Counted from the first letter of the stretch, positions 1 through 9,730 are shown. The stretch is DNA of 64,000 bases from an uncultured Candidatus Saccharibacteria bacterium (GCA_963533665.1 CAUSPY010000003.1:6925-70924), one strand, 5' to 3'. The notes: generated by a model from the sequence alone, not told the origin. Made by a program: numbers and translations.

Positions 1-1293
1 GCAGACTGCGTCAATCGCATCAGCCAGCAATTTGCCGAAGTTCAAACATCTCAATTCGATATTACGACCCTAGGCGGCACCATCAAATGCGCCGAAGTGA
101 TCACCGAGCTGCCAGCCAGTCGCACTGACAAGGCCTCACTCCTCGCCGCCTCGCGCTTCATCACCCAGCATTATCAAGCCAAGTGGGCGCACTCGCCGCA
201 TAAAATCACCCTCGGTCTCAGCGCTTATAACCTAGCCGTTGCCGCCCGCGACGTCCAAAAAACCGGCCTCATTCTCAAATCATCTCTCAAAAAATCTGGC
301 ACCAGCCTCCGCTTCATCCCCAACGATCAGCCCGCCCTCTCCACTGCCACCGCACACAATAACAAGCTTGGTGGTCCGCCGCATAAAGTCGAGTTGCTAC
401 TCGTCAAAACGACCGACCGCCGCCTGATCATCGCCGAGAGCCGCGGCGTCCAAAACATCACCGCCTATACCCGCCGCGACCGCCATCGTCCCAAGCGCGA
501 CGCCTTCGTTGGCATGCTGCCGCCTAAACTGGCGCAGATTATGCTGAATTTAGCACTGGGCGCCGGGCCACTGACCGGTCAAAGATCGTGCGGCAATTCT
601 GTGGCGAGGTCGGCTTCCAGCCTCTCTGATAAGTCGATGGTTCTGCGGACGGCGTTGCCGGATGCATTCGACTTGTCGGAGAGACTGGAGTCCGACCTCG
701 CCACAGAGGTTAACAGACAGCGCCCCCTAATCCTCGACCCCTTCTGCGGCACTGGTACCGTCCTGCAAGAAGCGTTACTCGCTGGCTACGACGTCGTCGG
801 CACCGACCTCAGCCAGAAAATGGTTGATTACACCACCGAAAATCTGTCGTGGCTGCAATCGACGTTCACCGCACCCAGCCACCCTATTGGCCGCGTCATC
901 GACATTCATCAAGCCGACGCCACCACCCACCGCTGGCCAAACGGCACACACCTCACTGCCGTCGTCTGCGAAACCTACCTCGGGCAGCCCTTTTCCGCGC
1001 CGCCCGCACCCCAAAAACTAGCAGAAGTTGCCGGTAACTGCAACCACATTGTCACCAGCTTCCTCACTAATATTCGTCCGCAGCTAGCTCCAAACACGCC
1101 GCTCTGTATCGCCGTGCCAGCGTGGTACGACGCGTCCGGCTGGGCCACTCATTTACCGCTAATAAAAAATCTCCAACAGCTCGGCTATTACCAGCTCAAC
1201 CGCACACCGCTCATCTATCGCCGCCCCGACCAAATCGTCGCCCGCGAACTGCTAGTCCTAAAGCCAATTGACAAAACCGCGCCTCAAGCTTGA
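1..1293 (+). CDS. SAM-dependent methyltransferase (UPF0020/Trm11-like class), 5' end probably outside the window
   Basis: Frame 1 is open from base 1, with no stop before the GTG at 97 used by the ORF track. 'LILDPFCGTGTVLQEALLAGYDVVGTDLS' is a typical SAM-binding motif I. The motif IV position reads 'VVCETYLGQPF' rather than the canonical (D/N)PPY. Confidence 0.6.
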   Translation, partial: ADCVNRISQQFAEVQTSQFDITTLGGTIKCAEVITELPASRTDKASLLAASRFITQHYQAKWAHSPHKITLGLSAYNLAVAARDVQKTGLILKSSLKKSGTSLRFIPNDQPALSTATAHNNKLGGPPHKVELLLVKTTDRRLIIAESRGVQNITAYTRRDRHRPKRDAFVGMLPPKLAQIMLNLALGAGPLTGQRSCGNSVARSASSLSDKSMVLRTALPDAFDLSERLESDLATEVNRQRPLILDPFCGTGTVLQEALLAGYDVVGTDLSQKMVDYTTENLSWLQSTFTAPSHPIGRVIDIHQADATTHRWPNGTHLTAVVCETYLGQPFSAPPAPQKLAEVAGNCNHIVTSFLTNIRPQLAPNTPLCIAVPAWYDASGWATHLPLIKNLQQLGYYQLNRTPLIYRRPDQIVARELLVLKPIDKTAPQA

Positions 1294-1356
1294 CAACTTA
1301 AGCCAAATTCGCTACACTGGTACAGATTGTTTATAAAAACTATTTAAGGAGTTGCT

Positions 1357-1629
1357 ATGTCAAAAGTTAAGGCTGGCGGTTCAGCCAGAAACACAAGGGA
1401 CAGTGTTGGTCAGAGACTCGGCGTCAAGTGTTTTGGCGGTCAGAAAGTCAACGCTGGCCAGGTATTAGTACGCCAAACGGGCGCAACTAAAATTGCTGGT
1501 AACGGCACGTATGTCAGTAAAAATTACACTATCCACGCTGCGAAAGCCGGTACAGTTAGCTTTAAGAAAGTCAAGAAAACCCGGTTCACTGGTAAAACTC
1601 AGCGGCGAACTCAGGTTTGCGTAGACTAG
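1357..1629 (+). CDS. rpmA: 50S ribosomal protein L27
   Basis: '[41 protein letters not shown]' matches the conserved L27 N-terminus. The SD aaggag lies 6 nt upstream of the ATG. Confidence 0.95.
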   Translation: MSKVKAGGSARNTRDSVGQRLGVKCFGGQKVNAGQVLVRQTGATKIAGNGTYVSKNYTIHAAKAGTVSFKKVKKTRFTGKTQRRTQVCVD

Positions 1630-1649
1630 AAAACCATAAGGAATGATAG

Positions 1650-1674
1650 ACGACCGGACGCGCAGTTCGGTCGT
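1650..1674. terminator. Stem-loop between convergent rpmA and ORF 1712..2632
   Basis: acgaccg (1650-1656) pairs with cggtcgt (1668-1674). The loop is 11 nt and is followed by ttaatattt. The T-tract is weak. Confidence 0.45.
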
Positions 1675-1711
1675 TTAATATTTACTTTTTGCTTCTAAAA
1701 TTCTAACTCGT

Positions 1712-2632
1712 CTAATCTGGCGAGGAATTATCACTCTTTTTAGCTTGTTTGTGTCTGTCTTGATCCTGTCGCTCTCTTAGTTCTGCTACAAATCTAATCA
1801 TTTCATCAACACGCTCTAATAATCTTGATAAATAGCCCCTATCAACATTCTCCCCAGATCGTACATTCGCATCCAGCGATCTTATTCTCAGCCGGACTTC
1901 GTTAACCGAATTGCCAAGTAAAGTTACTTCTTTCTGCGAAGTAGCACTCTCAAGCACCTGAACTGCATTGCCAACTTGATTAAGATTACCGTCAGCAAAC
2001 GACAAACCTACCTGAAAACCATCAAGCGACATGTTTCCTGCCATATGTATACTTTGCATAGCTTTTTCCAAACCCTCTCTCGCCGACTGCGCTGCCCGTA
2101 AACAGTTGTCTATCAATTCCCTAAGCTTTTCGCTATTCATTTCCGGCTGCTGTTCATCGCCCTGCGTGTTTGCTTCTGGCTGATCATTAGATTCGCCTGT
2201 CTTTACCGCTTTTTCAGGCGGCTGAGAACTTGCATCTGGCGATTCTTTACCGCCGCCCCTTAACGCTGCTAATAAATCAGCGCGGGCTTTATATGGATCT
2301 TCTAGACTAGCAGTAGCCTCCTTTTTGCCAGCTCGAGCCAGCCTCGCTCGTAACGCCTCCGCAGGCGACAATGTCTTTGGGGAGTCGGAGCTATCTTGCG
2401 GTGTAGTTTCCGTAACAGTAGATTTATCGTCTTCCGGAGCCGCCACGCCAGATGCCTCTAAAGCCGAGCCTCCCATACCGCGCGAAAGTCTGCCCTTCTC
2501 TTCTTGCAACGCTTCCGGATTGACCGCCGGCAAACCATCGGCCTGAGATTCGCCGTCTGCTGGATGTTTTGTTTCTGATGTTTTTTGTTCTTGATATCCA
2601 GCTGGATACTGACCTGGAAACATTTCCGTCAT
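1712..2632 (-). CDS. Hypothetical protein with an acidic, low-complexity N-terminal half and a helical C-terminal half
   Basis: Long ORF with no motif I recognise. I prefer the start at ATG 2632 (MTEMFPGQ...) because a TGCTATAAT box sits 7 nt upstream. The track start at 2668 is a TTG. Confidence 0.5.
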   Translation of the reverse strand: MTEMFPGQYPAGYQEQKTSETKHPADGESQADGLPAVNPEALQEEKGRLSRGMGGSALEASGVAAPEDDKSTVTETTPQDSSDSPKTLSPAEALRARLARAGKKEATASLEDPYKARADLLAALRGGGKESPDASSQPPEKAVKTGESNDQPEANTQGDEQQPEMNSEKLRELIDNCLRAAQSAREGLEKAMQSIHMAGNMSLDGFQVGLSFADGNLNQVGNAVQVLESATSQKEVTLLGNSVNEVRLRIRSLDANVRSGENVDRGYLSRLLERVDEMIRFVAELRERQDQDRHKQAKKSDNSSPD

Positions 2633-2639
2633 AACATTA

Positions 2640-2648
2640 ATTATAGCA
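2640..2648 (-). promoter_or_regulatory. Extended -10 box (TGCTATAAT) 7 nt upstream of ATG 2632, a leaderless-type arrangement
   Basis: The minus strand reads tgctataat-taatgtt-ATG, with no SD in between. Confidence 0.45.
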
Positions 2649-2712
2649 AAACATAAACACAAAGTCAATTATAATACAGTAAATCAATAGACTAGTCAAA
2701 TACCAAAATACG

Positions 2713-3102
2713 CTAAGCCAACCCTAGATGATACTTAATGCGAGACACCACATCGCTAATAACTACCTGCGATTTCACCAGATAATCATCAACACCCAAG
2801 CTCTCAGCACGCTCCTTGTCTTTTGGCTGGCTCAGCGCCGTTAACATGATAATCCGCACATTGGCAGTCTCTGGCGTGTTGCGCAAAATATCCAGCACGT
2901 CAAAGCCGCTAATCTTCGGCATCATTGCGTCGAGCAAAATCAAATCCGGACGATATTCCACTGTCGCCGATAAAGCATCCTCGCCATTATGGACTTCCCT
3001 GACATCAAACCCCTCAAGTTCAAGCCTCGAACGGTAAACCGCCGACAACGCCATTTCATCTTCTACTAATAAGATCTTTTTTTTCTGACCACTCCCATTC
3101 AT
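2713..3102 (-). CDS. Stand-alone response-regulator receiver domain protein (CheY-like)
   Basis: 'KKILLVEDE', 'DLILLDAMMP' (phospho-acceptor Asp), 'IIMLTA' and 'DDYLVKS' give the full receiver signature. It has no output domain and no kinase gene nearby. Confidence 0.85.
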   Translation of the reverse strand: MNGSGQKKKILLVEDEMALSAVYRSRLELEGFDVREVHNGEDALSATVEYRPDLILLDAMMPKISGFDVLDILRNTPETANVRIIMLTALSQPKDKERAESLGVDDYLVKSQVVISDVVSRIKYHLGLA

Positions 3103-3144
3103 AATACTTTTAATTTTAACGGTTATTCAGAAAAAACACAAGCA

Positions 3145-4317
3145 TTATAAAGATTCGGCTTTTTCCAGTTGCGGATCTTTATCGTTCTTCACATCGTCCG
3201 CTGTCAATTCCACTTCCACATCAGGCTTAATACCTTCCTTATCAATATTCTTGCCCTTTGGCGTATACCAGCGCGCTTCAGTGACTTTTAGCTGCGAACC
3301 GCTAGACAAATCAAGTACCACCTGTACGCTGCCTTTGCCATAGCTTTTCTTGCCAACTAATTTTGCTTTGCCGTAATCTCGCAGCGCTCCTGCCGTAATC
3401 TCGCTGGCACTGGCGCTGTTCTCATTAATTAGCACAACCGTCTGCATATTCTCTAAAATCGGTGAACCAGTCGAATTTAGGGTTTTGACTGTCTCCGAGC
3501 CGCGCCGTTCCGTCAAAACAACTTGGTCATTCAGCCATAGTCCCAGCAAGCCCTGCGCCGAATCAACTGTCCCGCCCGGATTATTGCGCAAATCCACAAT
3601 TACTTTCGTCACGCCCCTGTCGATAAACTCCCGGGCAGCTTTTCTGGCAGCGCTGACCGTGTCGTCATTAAACCTGCTAACTGTCAAAATACCAGTTTTA
3701 CCGTTAATTCTCGACTCCACCGCTGGCGCGGTAATATTTTGCCGCACCACGGAGACCTCACGGATTTGCTGCCCGTTCTGCAGCGTCAACTTAACCGACG
3801 TGCCAATCTCGCCGCGAATCTTATCGACAACTTTATCAACACCCCAATCAGCAGCTTCCTCGCCGTTCACTTTCATAATCACTTCGCCAGCCTTTATGCC
3901 CGCTTTTTGCGCCGGGCTGTCGTTTAACGGCTTGATGATTGTCGGTTTATTATTTCTCAGACCGATCTCTGCGCCGATGCCGCCGCCGATATTGCCGCTT
4001 AATGATTTCTTAAACTCCTCGGACTCCTCTGGATCCATATACGACGTATGCTTGTCGCCGACAGCAGCCACCAAACCCCGGCTGGCACCGTAAATTAACT
4101 TTTGCGTATCCAGCTTACCGTCATAATTTGCCGCCAGTTGCTGGTACGTTTCTTGAACGCTAGACAAATCGATCGTTTTATTAGACGCGCGCATCCCAAA
4201 CATCGGCGCGGCTGCCGCAAAAATTGTTTCATAGCGAGTCCCCGCCGCAAAGCTAATAATCGCCACGATAATCACTGCCAAAAACTGAACCGACTGGCTT
4301 TTTTTTCTCTCCGTCAT
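3145..4317 (-). CDS. ctpA: Carboxy-terminal processing peptidase, S41 family, with a PDZ domain
   Basis: It has an N-terminal TM helix, a PDZ-like 'AQKAGIKAGEVIMKVNG', and the S41 core 'VLINENSASASEITAGAL...GKKSYGKGSVQ'. Confidence 0.85.
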   Translation of the reverse strand: MTERKKSQSVQFLAVIIVAIISFAAGTRYETIFAAAAPMFGMRASNKTIDLSSVQETYQQLAANYDGKLDTQKLIYGASRGLVAAVGDKHTSYMDPEESEEFKKSLSGNIGGGIGAEIGLRNNKPTIIKPLNDSPAQKAGIKAGEVIMKVNGEEAADWGVDKVVDKIRGEIGTSVKLTLQNGQQIREVSVVRQNITAPAVESRINGKTGILTVSRFNDDTVSAARKAAREFIDRGVTKVIVDLRNNPGGTVDSAQGLLGLWLNDQVVLTERRGSETVKTLNSTGSPILENMQTVVLINENSASASEITAGALRDYGKAKLVGKKSYGKGSVQVVLDLSSGSQLKVTEARWYTPKGKNIDKEGIKPDVEVELTADDVKNDKDPQLEKAESL

Positions 4318-4381
4318 ATCATTACATTATACAACAAAACGCCCGGTTAACGCGAGCGTTTTACGTTAATAGAGTCTATTT

Positions 4382-5518
4382 TTAGAAATAAACGTATGTC
4401 AAACCGGAAGCTGAGCGCGTATAATATCGGTACAGTCCGTCCCAAGCAAAGTTGTAGTCGCTCACTGTAATTGTACCGTCGCCATTAACCGATTCAACAT
4501 ACATGACGTGGCCGTAATAACCAATATTCATCACTGCAGCCGCGCCTGCTTTTGGTGTCGAGCCGCTGGAAATACCATGACGGGCCGCCGTTGATGGCCA
4601 CTGGTTAGCGTTACCCGCCCCGCCAAAGTGCGGCACATACCGACCAGTGCTATGGATTTTCCAAGCCACATAGCTCACACACTCGCGCGTGTATAATCCC
4701 CACGGGTCAACATAAGCATCCAGCGGCGCATTCGCCCAAACACCCGGATAACCGCCGCCGCCTGGAATACCGCCTGGGATTGATACGCCGTTACCAAGGG
4801 CGCGCCGGTTGGCAGCCGCCTGTTCCTCGCGAAGCTTAGCGACCTCGCTGTTGCGCTTTTGCGCTAGTGCCGAATAAGCGTTTTGGTCGTTCTTAGTATC
4901 GGCAACCAGTTTAGCTTTCTCCGACTGTTTAGACGACAGAACATTGCGCTGTGCTTCTTGGTCTCTAAGTGTATTCTCGACCAGTTTTTTATTCTCTTCC
5001 AACTTCTTTTGGAGCGCCTTAATCTCCTTGATCTTACCGTTCAGCGATGTTCTCAGCGAGCTGCGCTGCTCTTGCTTGTCAATGTAATCTCCTATGCTAT
5101 TTGAGCTGGCCAGCATCTCTAACGGCGAAATCTGATCATCAACATGCATATCCGCCAAAACCTGGCCCATCGCCTTACGCCTTTGCTTTATCAATATCTC
5201 ATTTCTCTTTATCTGCGCATTCAGATTGTCTATTTTCTTTTGACTGTCAGCGATCTGCCCCTGAATAGCGGTAATCTGGCCATTTATTTTATCCAGCTCA
5301 GATTGCAAATTATCCGCCATTTCGCCCAAACGAGACGCCTCGGAATTATATTTGCTGGCTTCTTGTTCTTTTGCTTTGATTTCTGCCTCGTAATCACGAG
5401 CAAAAACATGCGAACCCAAGGCGAAAACACCTGAGCCTGCAACCAACACAGCCACCGCCACCAGGGCTGCCCTGCTGGCTAATGAATCTGAAATTGGTGT
5501 GGTGGACCGTAATTTCAT
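4382..5518 (-). CDS. Secreted coiled-coil plus CHAP-domain peptidoglycan hydrolase (PcsB-like architecture)
   Basis: A signal/TM segment is followed by about 200 aa of heptad-rich coiled coil. The C-terminal CHAP-like region reads 'CVSYVAWKI...YGHVMYVESVNGDGTITVSDYN'. It lies directly downstream of ftsEX. Confidence 0.75.
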   Translation of the reverse strand: MKLRSTTPISDSLASRAALVAVAVLVAGSGVFALGSHVFARDYEAEIKAKEQEASKYNSEASRLGEMADNLQSELDKINGQITAIQGQIADSQKKIDNLNAQIKRNEILIKQRRKAMGQVLADMHVDDQISPLEMLASSNSIGDYIDKQEQRSSLRTSLNGKIKEIKALQKKLEENKKLVENTLRDQEAQRNVLSSKQSEKAKLVADTKNDQNAYSALAQKRNSEVAKLREEQAAANRRALGNGVSIPGGIPGGGGYPGVWANAPLDAYVDPWGLYTRECVSYVAWKIHSTGRYVPHFGGAGNANQWPSTAARHGISSGSTPKAGAAAVMNIGYYGHVMYVESVNGDGTITVSDYNFAWDGLYRYYTRSASGLTYVYF

Positions 5519-5610
5519 ACCTATATGTTAGCACAAGCATGATGGCGTTGTCAACAAGGTTTGAACGACTTTAAGAAAACCCTATAACAAGCACTCTTTT
5601 TAGATCAAAA

Positions 5611-6606
5611 TTACAGCTTCAAATATTTGCGTGTGGCGATCCATGAGGAGACTACGCCGATGAATGCACCGATGACAATCATCGCCAAAAGCACCAAACC
5701 GACGTACATAGTTAGACTGCTAAGCAAGCCCTCCGCCGGAATACCGTATCTGGTCATCGGCTCACGAACAAAGAACAGCAAGCTGTAGCCAGCGATCGTC
5801 GCTATAATTGCCGCGATGAATCCGTACATTACCGCTTCTACGATAAACGGCCCGCGGATAAAGCTCCTTTCAGCGCCGATTAGCTTCATCATTTGAATCT
5901 CGTCTTTCCTATTAAAGATTGCCATGCGAATCGTATTAAAAACAACCAGCGAAGAAATCACCACGAACACCACCGTGGCAATTGAGCCGCCAATACTTGC
6001 CAAATGCACCCAGTCGCCAACGGTTTTCAGCGCCTGCTGGCGGTCGCCGCTAAACGACGGTTCTTGGCGCGGATCTTTGTATTTTTTATACAATTTGTCA
6101 GTTTTAATAAAATTCTCCAGAGATTTCTGATTATTCAAATCTTCTACCGAGACTCGCAGCGTCGCCGACATTTCATTGCTGGATTCTTTAATAGCCTCCA
6201 ATGCCTCCGGGTCGTCCTCATACTGCTTGGCTTGCTGATCGCGCGCCTCCTCGGCAGAAACGTATTTTACACCAACCACATTATCCAATTTGGCAATCCG
6301 CGACTTAATAGCGTTAATTTCTTTTTCCGGCGTATCGCCCTTTAGGTAAATCGACATATCGGCTTGTTTAGAGATATTGGATGCCGTGTCTAATAAAATT
6401 TGGCGGGCGGACATCGTCATAAAAACGATCAAAAGCGTAATACTCATCACCGCAGTAGCAGCAACCGTCAGCCAAGCATTGCGGCTAAAACTATTGATGC
6501 CGTAGCGGCACATTCTAACAAATGTCAACCAGCCGCGCCGGCGCTGTTTGATACGAACTGCTTCCCTTGAAGATACGGGTTTTTTCCTTGTCTTTGCCTT
6601 TGTCAT
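5611..6606 (-). CDS. ftsX: Cell division permease FtsX
   Basis: The topology is TM1, a large extracytoplasmic loop, then three C-terminal TMs. It overlaps ftsE by 4 nt. Confidence 0.85.
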   Translation of the reverse strand: MTKAKTRKKPVSSREAVRIKQRRRGWLTFVRMCRYGINSFSRNAWLTVAATAVMSITLLIVFMTMSARQILLDTASNISKQADMSIYLKGDTPEKEINAIKSRIAKLDNVVGVKYVSAEEARDQQAKQYEDDPEALEAIKESSNEMSATLRVSVEDLNNQKSLENFIKTDKLYKKYKDPRQEPSFSGDRQQALKTVGDWVHLASIGGSIATVVFVVISSLVVFNTIRMAIFNRKDEIQMMKLIGAERSFIRGPFIVEAVMYGFIAAIIATIAGYSLLFFVREPMTRYGIPAEGLLSSLTMYVGLVLLAMIVIGAFIGVVSSWIATRKYLKL

Positions 6607-7289
6607 TGCTTATAACTTCCTTTTGCTTGGTCAGAAGTAATCTTACCGTGATCAATGGTAATAACGCGCCGCTTCAACCGGTTAACAATCTCCACGTTGT
6701 GCGTCGTTAAAATCACTGTCGTGCCGTATTTATTAATTTTTTCCAGCAAACGAACGATGTCCCAGCTGTGTTTCGGATCCAGGTTGCCAGTCGGCTCGTC
6801 AGCGATCAGAATTTTCGGCTGGCGCACTACCGCCCTAGCAATCGCCACCCGCTGTTGCTCGCCACCGGACAACTGATGCGGAAATTGCTTTTCCTTGCCT
6901 TTCAAGCCCACTAGTTCAATCACTTTCGGCACGGTCGATTTAATTTCGCGGTTGGTCATCCCGGCAATTTCCAGCGCAAACGCGATATTCTCAAATACTG
7001 TCCGATTTGGCAGCAGCTTAAAATCCTGAAACACCACGCCAATCTTACGGCGCAGCAACGGAATGTGCTTATCTTTCAGATTGTCATAGTCAATACCGCC
7101 AACCACAATCTTCCCCGAACTTGGCTTTTCCTCGCGCGTCAGAAGTTTTAACAACGTTGATTTACCAGCGCCAGAGGTACCAACGATAATCACAAACTCG
7201 CCAGCGCTAACGTGAATACTCGCCCGATTTAAGGCTGGCTTATTATTCTTCCCGTAATTCTTCGTCACCCTATCTAACAGAATCATCAA
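6603..7289 (-). CDS. ftsE: Cell division ATP-binding protein FtsE
   Basis: Walker A 'GTSGAGKST', ABC signature 'LSGGEQQRVAIARA' and Walker B 'ILIADEPTGNLD'. It is paired with ftsX. Confidence 0.9.
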   Translation of the reverse strand: MMILLDRVTKNYGKNNKPALNRASIHVSAGEFVIIVGTSGAGKSTLLKLLTREEKPSSGKIVVGGIDYDNLKDKHIPLLRRKIGVVFQDFKLLPNRTVFENIAFALEIAGMTNREIKSTVPKVIELVGLKGKEKQFPHQLSGGEQQRVAIARAVVRQPKILIADEPTGNLDPKHSWDIVRLLEKINKYGTTVILTTHNVEIVNRLKRRVITIDHGKITSDQAKGSYKQ

Positions 7290-7334
7290 GCAATATTATA
7301 GCATAAACTGTATTCTGACCGCAAACTGCTGCTA

Positions 7335-8411
7335 TCACTGGGTTTTTCGCAAGTACGCCTCAATAAACTCATCAATATCGCCATCCAGCACTCCTTGAGC
7401 GTTGCGGTTTTCGTGCTTGGTGCGGGTGTCCTTGACCAGTGTATACGGATGCAACACATAGTTTCTGATCTGGCTGCCCCAGTTGGCCGACTCGCCAGCC
7501 CTGAGGTCAGACAGCGTTTCGGCGTGCTGCTCCAGCTTCATCGCCAGCAACTTGGATCGCAAAATCTTCAGCGCCGTTTCTTTGTTCTGAATCTGCGAAC
7601 GCTCATTTTGAATCGCCACCGTGATTCCCGTCGGCACGTGCGTCACCCGCACCGCCGAGTCAGTGGTGTTCACGCCCTGGCCACCCTTACCGCCCGAGCG
7701 ATACACATCAATCCTCAGATCACTCGGGTCAATCGCAATTTCATCCGGCGTATCAATTTTTGGCAGCACCTCCACCAGTGCAAAGCTAGTCTGGCGCAAA
7801 TTGTCAGCATTAAACGGACTGAGGCGCACCAGCCGGTGCACGCCATTTTCTGAGCGCAATTTACCATAGGCAAACGGCCCAGAAATTTCCAACACCGCCG
7901 TCTTTATCCCGGCATCATCATTGGTCGAGCGCTCCAGCGTGTCAGCTTTCATCCCCGACTTCTCTGCCCAGCGCAGATACATCCGCTCCAGCATGGCCGC
8001 AAAATCCTGAGCGTCCAGCCCGCCTACGCCGGCCGAAATCCGCACCACCGCCTCGCGGTTGTCGTAAAGGCCGCTGAACAATAGATCGGTCTTGCGCCGA
8101 GCAAACTCCTGCTCCAGCGCCGCCACCTGCGCTTCAAACTCCGGCAGCAGATCATCGTCGCCCAGCTCCATCAACTCAGCGATATCCGCTAGCTGCACCC
8201 CCAGCGTCTGCCACGGCTCAACTGTCTGGCGCAAGCTAGCCGCCTTTTTGGCTAAGGCCTGCGCCTCGTCCGGATTATGCCAAATCTCCGGCTGGTTAAG
8301 CCGCTCATCTAATTCCGCCAATTGTTGCTCCAAATCAGCAAACTTCAACGCCGATTTAGCCTGCGCAATTTCTTTCTGTAACTCCCCAATTTTCTTTTTT
8401 AGTGGCTGCAT
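7335..8411 (-). CDS. prfB: Peptide chain release factor 2, a single uninterrupted ORF
   Basis: It has the 'SPF' tripeptide ('RLSPFNA') and the GGQ motif ('[25 protein letters not shown]'). The N-terminus is in frame, so no programmed +1 shift site is present. Confidence 0.95.
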   Translation of the reverse strand: MQPLKKKIGELQKEIAQAKSALKFADLEQQLAELDERLNQPEIWHNPDEAQALAKKAASLRQTVEPWQTLGVQLADIAELMELGDDDLLPEFEAQVAALEQEFARRKTDLLFSGLYDNREAVVRISAGVGGLDAQDFAAMLERMYLRWAEKSGMKADTLERSTNDDAGIKTAVLEISGPFAYGKLRSENGVHRLVRLSPFNADNLRQTSFALVEVLPKIDTPDEIAIDPSDLRIDVYRSGGKGGQGVNTTDSAVRVTHVPTGITVAIQNERSQIQNKETALKILRSKLLAMKLEQHAETLSDLRAGESANWGSQIRNYVLHPYTLVKDTRTKHENRNAQGVLDGDIDEFIEAYLRKTQ

Positions 8412-8446
8412 ATGTTTATTGTATCATTTTTCAGAAGCCGCTTCTC

Positions 8447-8455
8447 TGCTAGAAT
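8447..8455 (+). promoter_or_regulatory. Extended -10 box (TGCTAGAAT) 6 nt upstream of the hpt ATG
   Basis: The sequence reads tgctagaat-aaaagg-ATG(8462). Confidence 0.4.
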
Positions 8456-8461
8456 AAAAGG

Positions 8462-9022
8462 ATGGATCAAGATATTGAAAAAATTTTATTTACCAGCACA
8501 GAAATTCAGGCAGCTGTTCAAAGGCTTGGGCGAATATTAACCGAAAATTATCGTGATAAAAATCCCGTTGTCGTGGGGATTTTGCGCGGTGCGGCGCCCT
8601 TTATGATTGATCTGGTGCGCGCCATGGATTGCTATTTGGAGATTGATTTTATGGCAGTTTCTAGCTATGGCGACGCCACAGAATCTTCTGGCACAGTGAA
8701 AATCATTAAGGATTTAGATACCGACGTTACAGGCAGACATGCCCTCATTGTTGAAGATATTGTCGATACTGGTCGAACTGCCCAGGCTCTAAAGGGATTA
8801 TTTGCCGCCAAGAATACTGCCTCGACGAAAATTTGCTCGTTGCTCGACAAGCCCGAACGGCGCGAAGTTGACATTCAAGCTGACTATGTTGGTATAAAAA
8901 CACCCAACGAATTCGTCGTCGGCTACGGCTTGGACTTCCGCCAGCAATACCGCAATCTGCCGTATATCGGGGTGTTAAAGCCGGAAATACACAAGAAACA
9001 ACTATCTACCCAAGGACGATGA
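8462..9022 (+). CDS. hpt: Hypoxanthine(-guanine) phosphoribosyltransferase
   Basis: PRPP-binding loop '[13 protein letters not shown]' and C-terminal '[20 protein letters not shown]'. Confidence 0.9.
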   Translation: MDQDIEKILFTSTEIQAAVQRLGRILTENYRDKNPVVVGILRGAAPFMIDLVRAMDCYLEIDFMAVSSYGDATESSGTVKIIKDLDTDVTGRHALIVEDIVDTGRTAQALKGLFAAKNTASTKICSLLDKPERREVDIQADYVGIKTPNEFVVGYGLDFRQQYRNLPYIGVLKPEIHKKQLSTQGR

Positions 9023-9730
9023 CCGAATGATAGCTAACAGAGCCTTATGTCCTCCTTCAGGAAAATAGCTTAGACCGCTAGAAGTAAATCCGAGCCGCTG
9101 TACATATCGTGGATCATAAACCAACATAGTGTTACCATACATATTATTAAAGTTCATTCTTCGCTCACCACCATCAAATGACTTATTGCTTGTCCTTAAC
9201 TGCGCTAAGTATGTAACTTGTGACCTATCTAAATTATTTACCTGCACTACTTTAACCTCACTGTCTTCGCCCTGATAAGCCAGTTGTGAGGAAAAGTCTC
9301 TATCCGTCCCCGCCATCAGAACTCGTGAAAGTCTCTTGCCGTTAAAAAATCGAATCAACAATAGACCAGACCGGATAATCTTATTAATGTCAGGATATTC
9401 CGCCTCTGGATATTTAGTCGCTAATAAATCCCGTAGTGCCGTCTGCCCTATTTCGTCACCTTCGACATACATCATTGAAAGTGGATGAGCTTTATCTTTT
9501 TCATCTGGCATAGTCTCATCAACCCCGCTCAAATCAACCTCAGGGCTATACGGAGTAACACTCGTATTAATATAGTTACGCTCTTCTGCACACCCAAAGC
9601 CACCGAATACATCCATATCCACTCTGTCTAGTGCCTCCATCTCCATACAATCAATGCCCCATTCGTGCTTAATCGGGGGATTAAATTCTTCCGGCATACT
9701 GGATTGGTCACCTGGCGGAGAAGCTTCCAT
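9002..9730 (-). CDS. Hypothetical protein (orphan)
   Basis: A 242-aa ORF with no recognisable motif, signal peptide or TM. A TATAAT and an aaaagga SD lie upstream. Its 3' end overlaps the hpt 3' end by 21 nt (convergent). Confidence 0.45.
   Translation of the reverse strand: MEASPPGDQSSMPEEFNPPIKHEWGIDCMEMEALDRVDMDVFGGFGCAEERNYINTSVTPYSPEVDLSGVDETMPDEKDKAHPLSMMYVEGDEIGQTALRDLLATKYPEAEYPDINKIIRSGLLLIRFFNGKRLSRVLMAGTDRDFSSQLAYQGEDSEVKVVQVNNLDRSQVTYLAQLRTSNKSFDGGERRMNFNNMYGNTMLVYDPRYVQRLGFTSSGLSYFPEGGHKALLAIIRSSSLGR

Noticed and set aside
3485-4093. A 202-aa plus-strand ORF antisense to the S41 peptidase. Similar long antisense ORFs occur at 15719..16138, 17909..18418, 20578..21060, 29276..29731 and 49511..49954.
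   Set aside because: All are embedded in genes with clear family motifs on the other strand. They have no motifs of their own, and their compositional mirror bias explains the open frames.
7335-8411. I looked for the programmed +1 frameshift site (CUU UGA C) in prfB.
   Set aside because: The ORF is continuous from an N-terminus that aligns upstream of the usual shift position, and no internal in-frame stop is present.
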